A stretch of DNA of 64,000 nucleotides from Bacteroidota bacterium (GCA_025361565.1 JANYKN010000081.1:13353-77352); one strand, 5' to 3'. Shown: positions 19,081 to 30,508, counted from the stretch's first letter. Translations and numbers: made by a program. Notes: generated by a model from the sequence alone, not told the origin.

Positions 19081-20190
19081 ATGGAAAATGAACAAAAAAG
19101 CGGCTTTAAACAAGACGAAATAATATGTAACCAATGTGGAGCTAAATTGACATTCCTTCCTGGAACAAATAGTTTAAATTGCCAATTTTGTGGCGCAATT
19201 AATGAAATAAAAATAAAATCAGATGAAGTAATTGAAGAAATTGATTATTTGACATTTATTTCTAATAAAGCTCAAGAAGCTGACACTATTGATGTTCTGA
19301 CGATTAAATGTGAAACTTGTGGAGCACAAACTACATTTGCAGAAAATATTGTAGCCCAAACCTGTGATTTCTGTGACAGTCCTTTGATAGCAGCAAAAGG
19401 GCAAACTTCTAAAATTTTGGAACCTGCATCATTACTAACCTTCAAAGTGACTGAAAAAGAAGGCATAGACAAGTTTAAAACATGGCTTAAAAAGATCTGG
19501 TTTGCACCAAATGACTTAAAAAAATATGCTTATCAAAAAGACAAACTAAGGGGCATGTATCTGCCATATTGGACCTATGATTCAAATACAGTCACTCATT
19601 ATCGTGGCGAAAGGGGAGATGATTATGAAGAGCAAGAAGAATACACAAATGACAAAGGAGAACGTGCAACAAGAACCGTAACCAAAACAAGATGGACTTC
19701 TACAAGTGGAACAGTAAGAGACCACTTTGATGATGTTTTAGTTGTAGCTAGCAAATCACTTCCTGAAAAACATGTATACAATTTGGAGCCATGGGACTTA
19801 AAGGATCTAACTACTTTTGACCAGAAATACCTGGCAGGTTTTAAAGCAGAAAGTTATGGCATTAATGTTCAGGAAGGATTTGAAATTGCGAAAGATATCA
19901 TGGAAGAAACTATAGACAATTCAATTTGTAGTGATATAGGTGGTGATCATCAACGCATTAATTCTAAAGATACTAATTATAATGATATCACTTTCAAACA
20001 TATTTTGTTACCTATATGGTTAAGTGCTTATCGGTACAATAACAAAGTTTATCGCTTTATGATAAATGGGCGTACCGGAGAAGTACAAGGAGAAAGACCA
20101 TACAGTTGGATCAAAATAACATTTGCTGTTTTATCTGCAATTGCAGTAATTTCAACTATAATTTATTTGTATAATAAATACGGTGGATAA
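19081..20190 (+). CDS. Double zinc-ribbon protein with C-terminal TM helix (YdjG-like)
   Basis: CNQCG, CQFCG, CETCG, CDFCD; YLPYWTYD; LLPIW; INGRTGEVQGERP followed by a TM helix. Confidence 0.8.
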   Translation: MENEQKSGFKQDEIICNQCGAKLTFLPGTNSLNCQFCGAINEIKIKSDEVIEEIDYLTFISNKAQEADTIDVLTIKCETCGAQTTFAENIVAQTCDFCDSPLIAAKGQTSKILEPASLLTFKVTEKEGIDKFKTWLKKIWFAPNDLKKYAYQKDKLRGMYLPYWTYDSNTVTHYRGERGDDYEEQEEYTNDKGERATRTVTKTRWTSTSGTVRDHFDDVLVVASKSLPEKHVYNLEPWDLKDLTTFDQKYLAGFKAESYGINVQEGFEIAKDIMEETIDNSICSDIGGDHQRINSKDTNYNDITFKHILLPIWLSAYRYNNKVYRFMINGRTGEVQGERPYSWIKITFAVLSAIAVISTIIYLYNKYGG

Positions 20191-20274
20191 AATTTCCTAC
20201 TGATACTCCCATTTTGTTTTTCAAGCAGAATCTACATAATTCTAACTAGTTTCTGCTTTTTTTAGTCCTTAAAT

Positions 20275-22170
20275 TTAATTCATAAATCGCCAGGAAACCC
20301 CAAATCTAAAAGCGGTTGTATTAATCGGATAATTATTGGTATAATAATAGTATTTGTTCATAACAAATTGATTTGTGATATTTTCGAATTTAAAAAACAT
20401 CAATACTGTTTTTATCCGCATATTCAAAAAAACATTAATTGTTGGATAATCTCCAGTTTCTCTAATTCTCTGTTGATAAAACTGCCCGCTGGCAGGCATA
20501 TATCCAGGTGCGTAAAACCATGAGGTATAATAAAATTCGTAACCCAACTGTGATTCAATTCCGAATTTTTCAAGAAAATTCTGCATATCATAATATGCAG
20601 ATTGATATACAGACCATTCAGGAATACTAATAACTGCATCTTTATTATTAAGTTTCTGGTAAACAATTTTATTAATTATTCTAAAACCGCCCAATTTGAA
20701 GTCTTTTTGAAGTTTAATTGATCGAATTGTCAATAAATCTGAATATTGTTGTGGTAATGATTGGCTATCAAAATAAATATAATTCTGATCTATCCCATAT
20801 GCTAATTCAAGGTTTAATCCTAATTGAGAAATATTGAAACCAACTTTCACCTCTGTATTAATTTTATCTTTAAATTGATTATTCCATTTGAAATGGATTG
20901 AATTATAATTTTGCTCAAAAAGTAATGGTGCTGAATTAGAATGATTGATATTAATATAAAAATCAGTTTCTTGCTTTCCGATTCTCACACCTTTATCAAT
21001 TAACACATTACCATAATAAGAACCACTTTTAAATGCTTTTGTATTGCTTATTTTTGGATAATAAAATCCAACAACAGTAAATGCAAAATTCTTAGTCCTA
21101 GCATCTAGATTAGCAGATAATTTAATATTACTGTAGTGATCATATTTAAAAGTGGAATATATCGAATCTATCTGTGTAAATTTCAATAATTCATGAGTAG
21201 CACCAATAGTAAGCCTACCTTTGAAGTTATCCTTCTTAATCTCTTTAAAAGTCCAGTAAAGGATATTTTCAAATTTATTTACACCAACAGAATCTAATTT
21301 TCCGACAGTTGTAATGTAGGTGTTATTATAATAATTAAAATCCGTTGTATCTTCACCATATCTTCTGTAAGTTTTATCCAAACTAATAATATGATTTAAT
21401 CTACCTGCTTCTTTAAAATTTGTTTCAGTAGTAGTATCATCTATAACAATCTTCTCAGTAAAACCAAATCGATACTGTTGCGAAACAAAAAAGCTTCGCT
21501 TATAATAAACTGATGCTGCAGTTGCTAACAATGGTTCCACCAATTCAGGGGTAGCACTGAGAGTGTCATTCACACCACCACTTTCTTCATTCCCAAACTT
21601 ATTCCGGATGAATGCAGCGTGCATTGAATATTTCTCTCCATGGTAACTTGTGAAAAAATTCATAGAATGCTCGAAGGTTTTCGAACGACGAATTTCACCT
21701 AATGATGAAATCAATTTATAATGAATACCAACATTCCAATATTTATTTATATTCTGAGTAAACAAAGCACTTAATTGATTTTCATTTCTTTTTTTTGTAC
21801 CGGTTGCCCAACTAATATCAAAAAATGGTTTCTTCGCATGATAAAATATTGCATTTTCTTTAGTGAATGTATATGGGTAATAAAGTCTATCGAATACGAA
21901 ATCCGATTGACCAACTGGGATTTCAGAAATAAAAATATTCGATTGCCATGGACTACCAAGATTTCCTAAATAGCTATAACAAATACTTTGCTTTTCAATG
22001 GGATTAAAAATCTGGAAATAATTAACTACAGTATCAAAAGCAATAGGTTCTTCAAGAAAACCATCTACTAGTTTCCAAGCATGTAATTCGTTTTTTATTG
22101 TATCAGATGGCAAGGCAAATGACAAATAGTAACAAGCGATAAGAAAAAAAGTTATTATATACTTTTTCAT
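20275..22170 (-). CDS. Putative outer-membrane porin (Bacteroidota Porin_10-like)
   Basis: Signal peptide; YLGNLGSP; FTQNIN; C-terminal FFKFENI...FRFGVSWRFMN beta-signal. Confidence 0.75.
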   Translation of the reverse strand: MKKYIITFFLIACYYLSFALPSDTIKNELHAWKLVDGFLEEPIAFDTVVNYFQIFNPIEKQSICYSYLGNLGSPWQSNIFISEIPVGQSDFVFDRLYYPYTFTKENAIFYHAKKPFFDISWATGTKKRNENQLSALFTQNINKYWNVGIHYKLISSLGEIRRSKTFEHSMNFFTSYHGEKYSMHAAFIRNKFGNEESGGVNDTLSATPELVEPLLATAASVYYKRSFFVSQQYRFGFTEKIVIDDTTTETNFKEAGRLNHIISLDKTYRRYGEDTTDFNYYNNTYITTVGKLDSVGVNKFENILYWTFKEIKKDNFKGRLTIGATHELLKFTQIDSIYSTFKYDHYSNIKLSANLDARTKNFAFTVVGFYYPKISNTKAFKSGSYYGNVLIDKGVRIGKQETDFYININHSNSAPLLFEQNYNSIHFKWNNQFKDKINTEVKVGFNISQLGLNLELAYGIDQNYIYFDSQSLPQQYSDLLTIRSIKLQKDFKLGGFRIINKIVYQKLNNKDAVISIPEWSVYQSAYYDMQNFLEKFGIESQLGYEFYYTSWFYAPGYMPASGQFYQQRIRETGDYPTINVFLNMRIKTVLMFFKFENITNQFVMNKYYYYTNNYPINTTAFRFGVSWRFMN

Positions 22171-22434
22171 TTATTTTTCAATTTGATAAATATATTTCTG
22201 GAATTATTAAATGGTATTGGACTTAAAATTATAATTGTTTTGAATTATGAAATGTATAAAATTATAATCAAAATGTAAAATCAGTTGATTCAGAGAAATA
22301 AATAACAAAAAATAATTCAAGCATCATCCCTCAGTATTATATGTACATAAGTATGTAAGTGGCCAAGATTTACAAATAAGTATTCATGATGAAAACTTTT
22401 TTCCGACAAATCTAAACAAGTTAACTCAATTAAC

Positions 22435-22462
22435 AAAAAAGGCTGCCCATATAGGCAGCCTT
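22435..22462 (-). terminator. Terminator of the ribosomal superoperon
   Basis: Stem AAGGCTGCC/GGCAGCCTT with a T run on the minus strand, just after rplQ. Confidence 0.8.
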
Positions 22463-22491
22463 CATAATAAAAATTATTTTGTTAAGAATTA

Positions 22492-23025
22492 TTATTCTTT
22501 GGTGTTCAAGTCCTTATCAACTTCTTTTTCTTCTTTAACTTCAGCTTTTTTAACAGCACTTTTAACCTTATCTTTAACCTCTGCAGTTTCAGTTACTGTA
22601 GCCTTTTTCTTTTTCGATCTTCTGCTGGTTGCTTTAGTTTTATCCTCTTTCTGAGAAAGCATATTTTCATTGTAATCCACCAATTCGATAAAACACATAT
22701 CGGCACTATCCCCCAGACGTGTTCCAGTTTTTAATATTCTGGTATATCCTCCAGGACGTGTCCCAATTTTTTGAGAAACTTCTCTAAATAACTCGGTTAC
22801 AGCCTCCTTATTTTTCAGATAACTAAACACAGTTCTTCTAGAATGGGTTGAGTCATCTTTTGATTTGGTAATCAATGGTTCTACATATATCCTGAGCGCT
22901 TTGGCTTTAGCCAAAGTAGTTTCAATTCTCTTATGCATGATCAGGGATGCAGCCATATTCGAAAGCATTGCTTTTCTATGCTCGCTTTTTCTACCTAAAT
23001 GATTGAATTTTTTATTATGTCTCAT
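22492..23025 (-). CDS. rplQ: 50S ribosomal protein L17 with Lys/Glu-rich tail
   Basis: [21 protein letters not shown]...RPGGYTRI. Confidence 0.98.
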   Translation of the reverse strand: MRHNKKFNHLGRKSEHRKAMLSNMAASLIMHKRIETTLAKAKALRIYVEPLITKSKDDSTHSRRTVFSYLKNKEAVTELFREVSQKIGTRPGGYTRILKTGTRLGDSADMCFIELVDYNENMLSQKEDKTKATSRRSKKKKATVTETAEVKDKVKSAVKKAEVKEEKEVDKDLNTKE

Positions 23026-23030
23026 TCCGA

Positions 23031-24023
23031 TTATTCCTTGTCTAATTTATACTTACTAATATCCATTCCAAAATTCAGGTTCATTACAGAAAGTAAATCA
23101 TCCAACTCTGTTAATGATTTTTTTCCAAAATTTCTGAATTTCAATAAATCGTTTTTGTTAAATACAACTAAATCTCCAAGTGTTTCCACATCAGCAGCTT
23201 TAAGACAATTTAAAGCTCTAACAGATAAATCCATGTCAACCAATTTGGTTTTTAACATTTGTCGCATATGAAGAACTTCTTCATCAAATTCTTCATTTTC
23301 ATAATTTTCTTCAGAGTCAATTGTGATTTTTTCATCAGAAAACAACATGAAATGATAAATTAGAATTTTTGCTGCTTCTTTAAGTGCATCTTTTGGATGT
23401 ATTGAACCATCACTTTGAATTTCAATTACTAGTTTTTCAAAGTCTGTTTTTTGTTCAACCCTGTAATTTTCAACAGAGTACTTCACATTTTTAATTGGTG
23501 TAAAAATTGAATCTATTGCAATAACTCCTAATTCAGAATCATTCTTCTTATTTTCTTCAGCAGGTACATATCCCCTGCCTTTATCAATAGTCAAAGTCAT
23601 TTGAAACTTAACATCAGATTCTAATCTGCAAATTACTAAATTAGGATTTAGAATCTGAAAATTTGTTAAAAATCTGTTTATATCTCCTGCTTTGATAACC
23701 TCTTGTCCTGAAATAGTCATCGATACCACCTCGTGGTTCTCTCCTTCAACTTTTTGCTTTAATCTAATCTGCTTTAAATTGAGGATAATTTCTGTAATAT
23801 CTTCAATTACGCCAGTAAGTGTAGAAAATTCATGATCAACTCCTTCAATTTTTACGGAAGTTATGGCAAATCCTTCCAGTGAAGAAAGCAAAATCCTTCT
23901 TAAAGCATTACCAATTGTAATTCCGTAACCAGGTTCAAGCGGTCTGAATTCAAATGATCCAAATGTTTCATTTGCATCCAGCATGATTACCTTATCCGGT
24001 TTCTGAAAAGCTAAAATTGCCAT
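23031..24023 (-). CDS. rpoA: RNA polymerase alpha subunit
   Basis: [21 protein letters not shown]; LSVRALNCL; RNFGKKSL. Confidence 0.98.
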   Translation of the reverse strand: MAILAFQKPDKVIMLDANETFGSFEFRPLEPGYGITIGNALRRILLSSLEGFAITSVKIEGVDHEFSTLTGVIEDITEIILNLKQIRLKQKVEGENHEVVSMTISGQEVIKAGDINRFLTNFQILNPNLVICRLESDVKFQMTLTIDKGRGYVPAEENKKNDSELGVIAIDSIFTPIKNVKYSVENYRVEQKTDFEKLVIEIQSDGSIHPKDALKEAAKILIYHFMLFSDEKITIDSEENYENEEFDEEVLHMRQMLKTKLVDMDLSVRALNCLKAADVETLGDLVVFNKNDLLKFRNFGKKSLTELDDLLSVMNLNFGMDISKYKLDKE

Positions 24024-24042
24024 ATATTACTTATTATTTTTA

Positions 24043-24651
24043 TTATTTAGAATAAAGTTCTACTATCAATTGTTCTTTAATATTTTCTGGAATATCAGAA
24101 CGCTCAGGCATATTCAAAAATTTACCAGATAGTATATTCTTATCCCACTCGATCCATGAATATTGAATATGTCTTGAGGATGAAAGGGAATCAGTTATGG
24201 TTTCCAATGATTTTGATTTTTCCCTTATACTAATAATATCTCCTGGTTGAACAAGGTATGATGCAATGTTAACAAGGTCGCCATTTACAGTAATATGTCG
24301 ATGGGATACCAATTGACGGGCACCAGCACGGGTTGGCGAAAGTCCCATTCTATAAACTACATTATCTAATCGACTTTCAAGAAGTTGCAATAATACTTCA
24401 CCCGTAATACCTTTGCTTCTTGAAGCTTTTGCAAATACATTTGCAAATTGTCTTTCTAAAACACCATAAGTATATTTTGCTTTTTGTTTTTCCTTCAATT
24501 GTAATGCATATTCAGAAAGCTTTCTTCTCCGTTTAGTTGCTCCATGCATTCCTGGGGGGTAATTCTTTTTTTCAAGGTATTTATCTGCACCGAAGATTGC
24601 TTCGCCAAATTTCCTTGAAATTCTCGTTTTTGGTCCAATATATCTTGCCAT
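24043..24651 (-). CDS. rpsD: 30S ribosomal protein S4
   Basis: MARYIGP; [11 protein letters not shown]; [10 protein letters not shown]. Confidence 0.98.
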   Translation of the reverse strand: MARYIGPKTRISRKFGEAIFGADKYLEKKNYPPGMHGATKRRRKLSEYALQLKEKQKAKYTYGVLERQFANVFAKASRSKGITGEVLLQLLESRLDNVVYRMGLSPTRAGARQLVSHRHITVNGDLVNIASYLVQPGDIISIREKSKSLETITDSLSSSRHIQYSWIEWDKNILSGKFLNMPERSDIPENIKEQLIVELYSK

Positions 24652-24676
24652 TCGATTTTAAATCTAAAATTAATAA

Positions 24677-25066
24677 TTAAACTCTTCTTCTTTTAGGAGG
24701 TCTGCAACCATTATGTGGCATGGGAGTTACGTCCATAATTTCAGATACCTCAATACCATTACTACTAATAGATCTTATTGCAGATTCACGACCATTTCCT
24801 GGACCTTTTACAAAAACTTTAACTTTTCTTAATCCAAGATCATATGCAGTTTTCGAACATTCAGCTGCTGCAACTTGGGCAGCATAAGGTGTGTTTTTTT
24901 TTGACCCTCTAAATCCCATTTTTCCAGCTGATGCCCAAGATATTACTTGACCTTGATTATTAGTCAAGGAAACAATAATATTATTGAATGAAGAATGGAT
25001 GTGCGCCTGACCAACCGCTTCAACTTTTACAACTCGCTTTTTAGAAACTTTTGTTTTCTTAGCCAT
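24677..25066 (-). CDS. rpsK: 30S ribosomal protein S11
   Basis: [14 protein letters not shown]; [18 protein letters not shown]. Confidence 0.98.
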   Translation of the reverse strand: MAKKTKVSKKRVVKVEAVGQAHIHSSFNNIIVSLTNNQGQVISWASAGKMGFRGSKKNTPYAAQVAAAECSKTAYDLGLRKVKVFVKGPGNGRESAIRSISSNGIEVSEIMDVTPMPHNGCRPPKRRRV

Positions 25067-25072
25067 ATTTAA

Positions 25073-25453
25073 TTATTTTTTAGTCGCTTTCTTCTTATTT
25101 GCGATAGTTTTTCTGCGTCCTTTTCTGGTACGTGCATTATTTTTTGTAGATTGGCCACGCAATGGTAAACCAACACGATGACGGATACCACGATAACATC
25201 CAATATCCATAAGTCTTTTGATGTTCATTTGAACTTCAGACTTTAGTTCACCTTCAATTTTGTATTCATCATTAATAATGTTCCTGATTTCTGATTTTTG
25301 ATCATCAGTCCAGTCTTTCACTTTAATATTCTTATCGATAGTGGCTTTTTCCAAAACCTTCCTAGCAATATTTCTACCTATACCAAAAATATAGGTTAGA
25401 GCAATTTCTCCGCGTTTATTATCCGGAATATCAACTCCTACTAATCTAGCCAT
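25073..25453 (-). CDS. rpsM: 30S ribosomal protein S13
   Basis: [27 protein letters not shown]. Confidence 0.98.
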   Translation of the reverse strand: MARLVGVDIPDNKRGEIALTYIFGIGRNIARKVLEKATIDKNIKVKDWTDDQKSEIRNIINDEYKIEGELKSEVQMNIKRLMDIGCYRGIRHRVGLPLRGQSTKNNARTRKGRRKTIANKKKATKK

Positions 25454-25480
25454 AAATGTCTATAAGATTAAATTTTAAAA

Positions 25481-25597
25481 TTATCCTTGACGCTGTTTAA
25501 ATTTAGGATTTTTTTTGTTTATCACATAAATCCTACCTTTTCTTTTTACAATCTTACAATCAGCGGTACGCTTTCTAACAGATGTTCTTACTTTCAT
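25481..25597 (-). CDS. rpmJ: 50S ribosomal protein L36 (Zn-free type), not in the ORF track
   Basis: Manual translation [38 protein letters not shown] (38 aa), at the canonical position between infA and rpsM. Confidence 0.97.
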   Translation of the reverse strand: MKVRTSVRKRTADCKIVKRKGRIYVINKKNPKFKQRQG

Positions 25598-25608
25598 CTC
25601 AATAATTA

Positions 25609-25827
25609 TTATTTATATCTAAATGTAATTCTGCCTTTTGTCAAATCATATGGCGACATTTCAACTTTCACCTTATCTCCGGGAAGGATTTTTATATAAT
25701 GCATTCTCATTTTACCTGAAATATGTGCAATTAAAACGTGTCCATTCTCAAGCTCAACTCTAAACATTGCATTTGACAATGCTTCTTTAATCACTCCATC
25801 CTGTTCAATAGATGCCTGTTTGGCCAT
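25609..25827 (-). CDS. infA: Translation initiation factor IF-1
   Basis: [19 protein letters not shown]...[10 protein letters not shown]. Confidence 0.98.
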   Translation of the reverse strand: MAKQASIEQDGVIKEALSNAMFRVELENGHVLIAHISGKMRMHYIKILPGDKVKVEMSPYDLTKGRITFRYK

Positions 25828-25830
25828 ATA

Positions 25831-26607
25831 TTATTTATTTTTTAAAACTTCTTCTACAAATTCAAATGAAGATAAAATGTCAGCCTTTCCATGATCTACT
25901 GCTATTGTATGTTCAAAATGAGCCGACGGCTTACCATCTTTTGTCCTTATAGTCCAACCGTCGTTGGCTTGAAATATTTCTTTTTTACCCATATTAATCA
26001 TGGGCTCAATTGCCAGAACAAGTCCTTTTTTTAAAACAAGTCCATTTCCTCTTTTTCCATAATTCGGAACTTCAGGTTTTTCATGCAATTTACGTCCAAC
26101 TCCATGTCCTACCATTTCTCTAACTACAGAATACCCATGACTTTCGCAATGATTTTGGACAGCATAGCTAATATCGCCTAATCTATTTCCTTCAATTGCT
26201 TTTTCAATCCCTTTATATAGAGCAGCTTTTGTTACTTCCAGTAATTTCTTTATTTCAGGATCCACTTCACCTATCATATAAGTATAAGCAGAATCACCGT
26301 AGTACTTATTCATTAAAACACCACAATCAACCGATACAATATCGCCTTCTTTCAATAGATATTCAGAAGGGATTCCATGAACTACAGTACTATTTACTGA
26401 AATACATAAAGTATTCGGGTAACCTTGATAACCTAAAAAACCGGGTATACCACCGTTGTCTTTAATGAATTCTTCAGCAATTTGATCGAGTTTTTTGGTT
26501 GAGATTCCGGGACCAATAATGTTAGCTATTTCACCATGCGTTCTGGCTACAAGCATATTACTTTGTCGTAATAACTCAATCTCTTCGGCTGTTTTATAAT
26601 AAATCAT
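25831..26607 (-). CDS. map: Methionine aminopeptidase type I
   Basis: VVHGIP, DCG...GDSA, GHGVG..LHE, AIEPM, SAHFEHT. Confidence 0.97.
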   Translation of the reverse strand: MIYYKTAEEIELLRQSNMLVARTHGEIANIIGPGISTKKLDQIAEEFIKDNGGIPGFLGYQGYPNTLCISVNSTVVHGIPSEYLLKEGDIVSVDCGVLMNKYYGDSAYTYMIGEVDPEIKKLLEVTKAALYKGIEKAIEGNRLGDISYAVQNHCESHGYSVVREMVGHGVGRKLHEKPEVPNYGKRGNGLVLKKGLVLAIEPMINMGKKEIFQANDGWTIRTKDGKPSAHFEHTIAVDHGKADILSSFEFVEEVLKNK

Positions 26608-26625
26608 TAAACAAAGAACCTTTAA

Positions 26626-27960
26626 TTATACAGAAGAAACAGCGCCTGAACGGCCTTTTATTCTTCCTGATTTCATTAATCCATCATAGTGACGCATTAA
26701 TAAATGACTTTCAATTTGTTGTAGGGTGTCAAGTACTACCCCCACTAAGATTAACAATGAAGTACCTCCGAAAAAATGTGCGAATTGATTGTTAACTCCT
26801 GCTATCATCGCAAATGCAGGCATAATAGCCACTAGTGCAAGGAAAATAGACCCAGGCAAAGTAATTCGAGACATTACGGCATCAAGATATTCAACAGTTT
26901 TTCTTCCGGGCTTTATACCTGGAATAAAACCACCATTCTTCTTCATATCGTCAGCCATTTGAGTAGGGTTAATAGTAATTGCTGTATAGAAATATGTAAA
27001 AAGAACAACTAATCCACCAAATACTAAATTATACCAGAAACCAGTCATATCAGCAAATGCTGAAGCGATACCAGTAGTTGTCTCTGTATTAAATTTTGTA
27101 AGCATCAAGGGTATAAACATTAATGCTTGAGCAAAGATTATCGGCATTACACCAGCAGCATTTACTTTTAGGGGAATATATTGTCTAACTCCACCGTATT
27201 GCTTATTACCAACAATTCTTTTTGCATATTGAACAGGAATTCTTCTTGTTCCCTGAACCAACAATATTGTTGCAGTAAAGACAAAGAATAAAATCACAAT
27301 TTCAACAAGAAATGCAACAAGACCTCCTCCTTGCTGTTCAATTCGTGAACCAAATTCAGCAAATATTGAAAAAGGTAATCTTGCTATAATTCCAATCATG
27401 ATTAATAGAGAAATACCATTCCCCACACCTTTATCAGTTATTTTTTCACCCAACCACATTACAAACATTGTACCTGCAACAAGTATAACGACAGATGACA
27501 GCCAAAATATGGTACTATTGGAGACAATTGCTCCATGTGATTGAGCGTTAAGATTAGCCAGATACCCTGGGGCTTGCCCAGCTGTGATTAAAACTGTTAA
27601 ATATCGTGTTATCTGATTGATCTTTTTACGTCCACTTTCACCTTCTTTTTGTAGTCGTTGAAAATAGGGTATTGCCATTCCTAATAACTGAATAACAATA
27701 GAGGCAGAAATATATGGCATAATTCCCAATGCAAATATTGAAGCATTAGAGAAAGCACCTCCTGAGAACATATTTAAAATTCCCATAATTCCGCCTTCGG
27801 TCTGAGACCTAAGATTACCAAGTTGTAGAGGATCAACACCAGGTAAAACGATATGTGCGCCCAAACGGTATACAAGTACAAAACCGATTGTTGCAAAGAT
27901 CCGATTTCGCAGATCCTCAATTTTATAAATATTCCTTAATGTTTCGATTAATCCTTTCAT
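26626..27960 (-). CDS. secY: Preprotein translocase SecY
   Basis: SIFALGIMPYISASI; WLGEKITDKGVGNGISL; GGTSLLILVGV. Confidence 0.98.
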   Translation of the reverse strand: MKGLIETLRNIYKIEDLRNRIFATIGFVLVYRLGAHIVLPGVDPLQLGNLRSQTEGGIMGILNMFSGGAFSNASIFALGIMPYISASIVIQLLGMAIPYFQRLQKEGESGRKKINQITRYLTVLITAGQAPGYLANLNAQSHGAIVSNSTIFWLSSVVILVAGTMFVMWLGEKITDKGVGNGISLLIMIGIIARLPFSIFAEFGSRIEQQGGGLVAFLVEIVILFFVFTATILLVQGTRRIPVQYAKRIVGNKQYGGVRQYIPLKVNAAGVMPIIFAQALMFIPLMLTKFNTETTTGIASAFADMTGFWYNLVFGGLVVLFTYFYTAITINPTQMADDMKKNGGFIPGIKPGRKTVEYLDAVMSRITLPGSIFLALVAIMPAFAMIAGVNNQFAHFFGGTSLLILVGVVLDTLQQIESHLLMRHYDGLMKSGRIKGRSGAVSSV

Positions 27961-27964
27961 CAAC

Positions 27965-28411
27965 TTAAATTTTTACAGCTGTTCCTTTAGCTAATTCAAT
28001 TGCGGCAATGGCAGATTTTGAAAATGCATGTGCCTTAACTTCAATTTTCTTTGTTAGAGTGCCTTTACCTAATACTTTTACTAAATCTTGTTTCTTAATC
28101 ATACCTGCACTCACCATAACTTCGATACCAATGGAATCAAGTCCTTGTTTCTCGGCTAATTCTTGTATTATACCAATATTAATTGCCTTGTATTCTATCC
28201 GGTTAATATTTTTGAATCCAAATTTAGGAACCCTACGCTGTAAAGGCATTTGCCCACCTTCGAAACCAACTTTTTTTGAATATCCTGACCGGGATTTTTG
28301 TCCTTTATGCCCTCTAGTCGACGTACCACCTTTCCCAGAACCTTCACCCCGGGCAATTCGTTTACGCTGTTTAACTGAACCCTCAGCCGGTTTTAAATTA
28401 CTTAAATCCAT
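27965..28411 (-). CDS. rplO: 50S ribosomal protein L15
   Basis: RGHKGQKSRSG; GFEGGQMPL. Confidence 0.98.
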   Translation of the reverse strand: MDLSNLKPAEGSVKQRKRIARGEGSGKGGTSTRGHKGQKSRSGYSKKVGFEGGQMPLQRRVPKFGFKNINRIEYKAINIGIIQELAEKQGLDSIGIEVMVSAGMIKKQDLVKVLGKGTLTKKIEVKAHAFSKSAIAAIELAKGTAVKI

Positions 28412-28432
28412 GATAATTATAATTTATCTTTG

Positions 28433-28612
28433 TTATAATTTTTCAACAATTACTAAATGATTAACTTTGGCAATCATGCCCAATATTTGGGCATTTTCTT
28501 CATGCTCAACAACGCCATTCATTTTCTTAATACCCAAAGCTTCAAGTGTTAATTTTTGTCTTTTGGTACTGCCTATTTTGCTCCTTATTTGTTTTATTTT
28601 AAGCTTTGCCAT
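28433..28612 (-). CDS. rpmD: 50S ribosomal protein L30
   Basis: MAKLKIKQIRSKIG...TLEALG...GMIAKVNHLV; canonical position. Confidence 0.96.
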   Translation of the reverse strand: MAKLKIKQIRSKIGSTKRQKLTLEALGIKKMNGVVEHEENAQILGMIAKVNHLVIVEKL

Positions 28613-28623
28613 TTCCAATTATA

Positions 28624-29139
28624 TTAACCGTTAAAAACTTTTTCCAGAGATACATTACGATGTTGAGCAACTGTCAAAGCATCCCGCATTTCAAGCAATG
28701 CATTCATTGTAGCTTTAACTAAGTTATGAGGATTTGAAGAACCTTTTGATTTAGCCAAAACATCAGTTACACCAACACTTTCTAAGACTGCGCGCATCGC
28801 ACCACCTGCTTTTACACCAGTTCCATGGGATGCTGGTTTCAAAAATACTTTTGCCCCGCAATATTTTGCTTCTTGCTCATGAGGTATTGTACCTTTGTAT
28901 ACAGGAACTTTTACAAGATTCTTTTTAGCATCTTCAACTCCCTTTGCAATAGCAGTAGTTACTTCATTGGCTTTTCCTAAACCATATCCAACAATTCCAT
29001 TCTCATCACCAACAACTACAATAGCTGAAAAACTAAATGTTCGTCCACCTTTTGTAACTTTGGTAACTCTTTTTATTGCAACTAAACGATCCTTTAGTTC
29101 TAAATCGCTGGTTCTAACTTTTCTAATATTTGTTGACAT
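28624..29139 (-). CDS. rpsE: 30S ribosomal protein S5
   Basis: [22 protein letters not shown]. Confidence 0.98.
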   Translation of the reverse strand: MSTNIRKVRTSDLELKDRLVAIKRVTKVTKGGRTFSFSAIVVVGDENGIVGYGLGKANEVTTAIAKGVEDAKKNLVKVPVYKGTIPHEQEAKYCGAKVFLKPASHGTGVKAGGAMRAVLESVGVTDVLAKSKGSSNPHNLVKATMNALLEMRDALTVAQHRNVSLEKVFNG

Positions 29140-29145
29140 AAAGTT

Positions 29146-29505
29146 CTAAAATTTTAATCCGTTTTCCCTAGCTGCCTCTGCTAATGATTTTATACGCCCA
29201 TGATATAGATAACCGCCTCTATCAAATACAACACTATTGATTCCTGCTTCAACAGCTTTGCTTGCTATAAGTTTTCCAACCAATGCAGCTTGATCTTTTT
29301 TAGTTATTTCTGTCTTCTCAGAAATATCTTTAACTAATGATGATGCTGCTAGCAAAGTAACTTTATTTACGTCATCGATTATCTGAACGAATATATTTTT
29401 GTTACTACGATAAACAGACATTCTAGGCTTCTCTTCAGTTCCAGAGATTTTTTTTCTGATTCCTAGTTTAATCTTATTTCTTCTTTCTTGTTTAGCTAAA
29501 GCCAT
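29146..29505 (-). CDS. rplR: 50S ribosomal protein L18
   Basis: [14 protein letters not shown]. Confidence 0.98.
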   Translation of the reverse strand: MALAKQERRNKIKLGIRKKISGTEEKPRMSVYRSNKNIFVQIIDDVNKVTLLAASSLVKDISEKTEITKKDQAALVGKLIASKAVEAGINSVVFDRGGYLYHGRIKSLAEAARENGLKF

Positions 29506-29524
29506 AATGTATTATTTTTACATA

Positions 29525-30082
29525 TTAACTACCTGCAGCGGCTTTCCCAGCTTTCCTGCGTAATTGTTCGTCAACAAACTTAATACCCTTTCCTTTGTAA
29601 GGCTCAGGTTTTCTAAATGATCTAATTTTTGCTGCTACGTGTCCCAATAATTGCTTATCCGCACTCCTTAAAGTGATAATTGGATTTGCACGTCGCTCCG
29701 TCAATGTTTCAACTTTTACTTCGATAGGTAATTCTAAATAAATAACATGTGAAAAACCTACTGAAAGTTCTAATACTTGACCTGTTGCAGCAGCCCTATA
29801 TCCTACTCCTACTAATTCCTGCTTAAGTTCAAAGCCTTTTGAAACACCAACAATCATATTGTTCACAAGTGAACGATACAGTCCATGCATGGCTTTATGC
29901 CTTTTTTGTTCTGTTGGACGCTCCAATGTAATGCTATTGTCCTCAATATTAACTTTAATATCTGTATCAATTTTCTGATTTAATTCGCCCAAGGGACCTT
30001 TGGCCTGTAAAACATTGTCTTTGGTTATGCTCACCTTAACCCCCTGCGGAATTTCTATTGGTAATTTTCCTATTCGTGACAT
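29525..30082 (-). CDS. rplF: 50S ribosomal protein L6
   Basis: MSRIGK; RKPEPYKGKGI. Confidence 0.98.
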   Translation of the reverse strand: MSRIGKLPIEIPQGVKVSITKDNVLQAKGPLGELNQKIDTDIKVNIEDNSITLERPTEQKRHKAMHGLYRSLVNNMIVGVSKGFELKQELVGVGYRAAATGQVLELSVGFSHVIYLELPIEVKVETLTERRANPIITLRSADKQLLGHVAAKIRSFRKPEPYKGKGIKFVDEQLRRKAGKAAAGS

Positions 30083-30094
30083 TCCTATAACATA

Positions 30095-30490
30095 TTAATA
30101 TACATAACACATAATTTCACCGCCAACTTTAAGGTCTAATGCTTCTTTATTAGTCATTAATCCTTTTGATGTTGATAAAATTGCAATTCCCAATCCATTA
30201 AGTATTCGAGGTAGTTCATCAGCACCGGCATACTTGCGCAATCCAGGTTTACTTACTCTTTCTATCTTTTTAATAGCCGGCACTTTGCTTTTAGGATGGT
30301 ATTTTAAAGCAATTTTAATAACGCCCTGCTTTTCATCATCAACAAATTTATAACTAAGAATATATCCTTTGTTATGTAAAATTTTTGTCATTTCCTTCTT
30401 TATATTTGAACCAGGTATCTCAACAACTTTGTGCCCAGCCATAACTCCATTTCTAATCCGAGTAAGATAATCTGCAATAGGATCTGTCAT
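30095..30490 (-). CDS. rpsH: 30S ribosomal protein S8
   Basis: MTDPIADYLTRIRN; SKPGLRKY; STSKG. Confidence 0.98.
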   Translation of the reverse strand: MTDPIADYLTRIRNGVMAGHKVVEIPGSNIKKEMTKILHNKGYILSYKFVDDEKQGVIKIALKYHPKSKVPAIKKIERVSKPGLRKYAGADELPRILNGLGIAILSTSKGLMTNKEALDLKVGGEIMCYVY

Positions 30491-30508
30491 TTCTTTTCTA
30501 TTTTATTA

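Noticed and set aside
22344-22357. Palindrome TACATA-AG-TATGTA upstream of the porin gene
   Set aside because: Short and AT-rich; expected by chance and has no supporting regulator.
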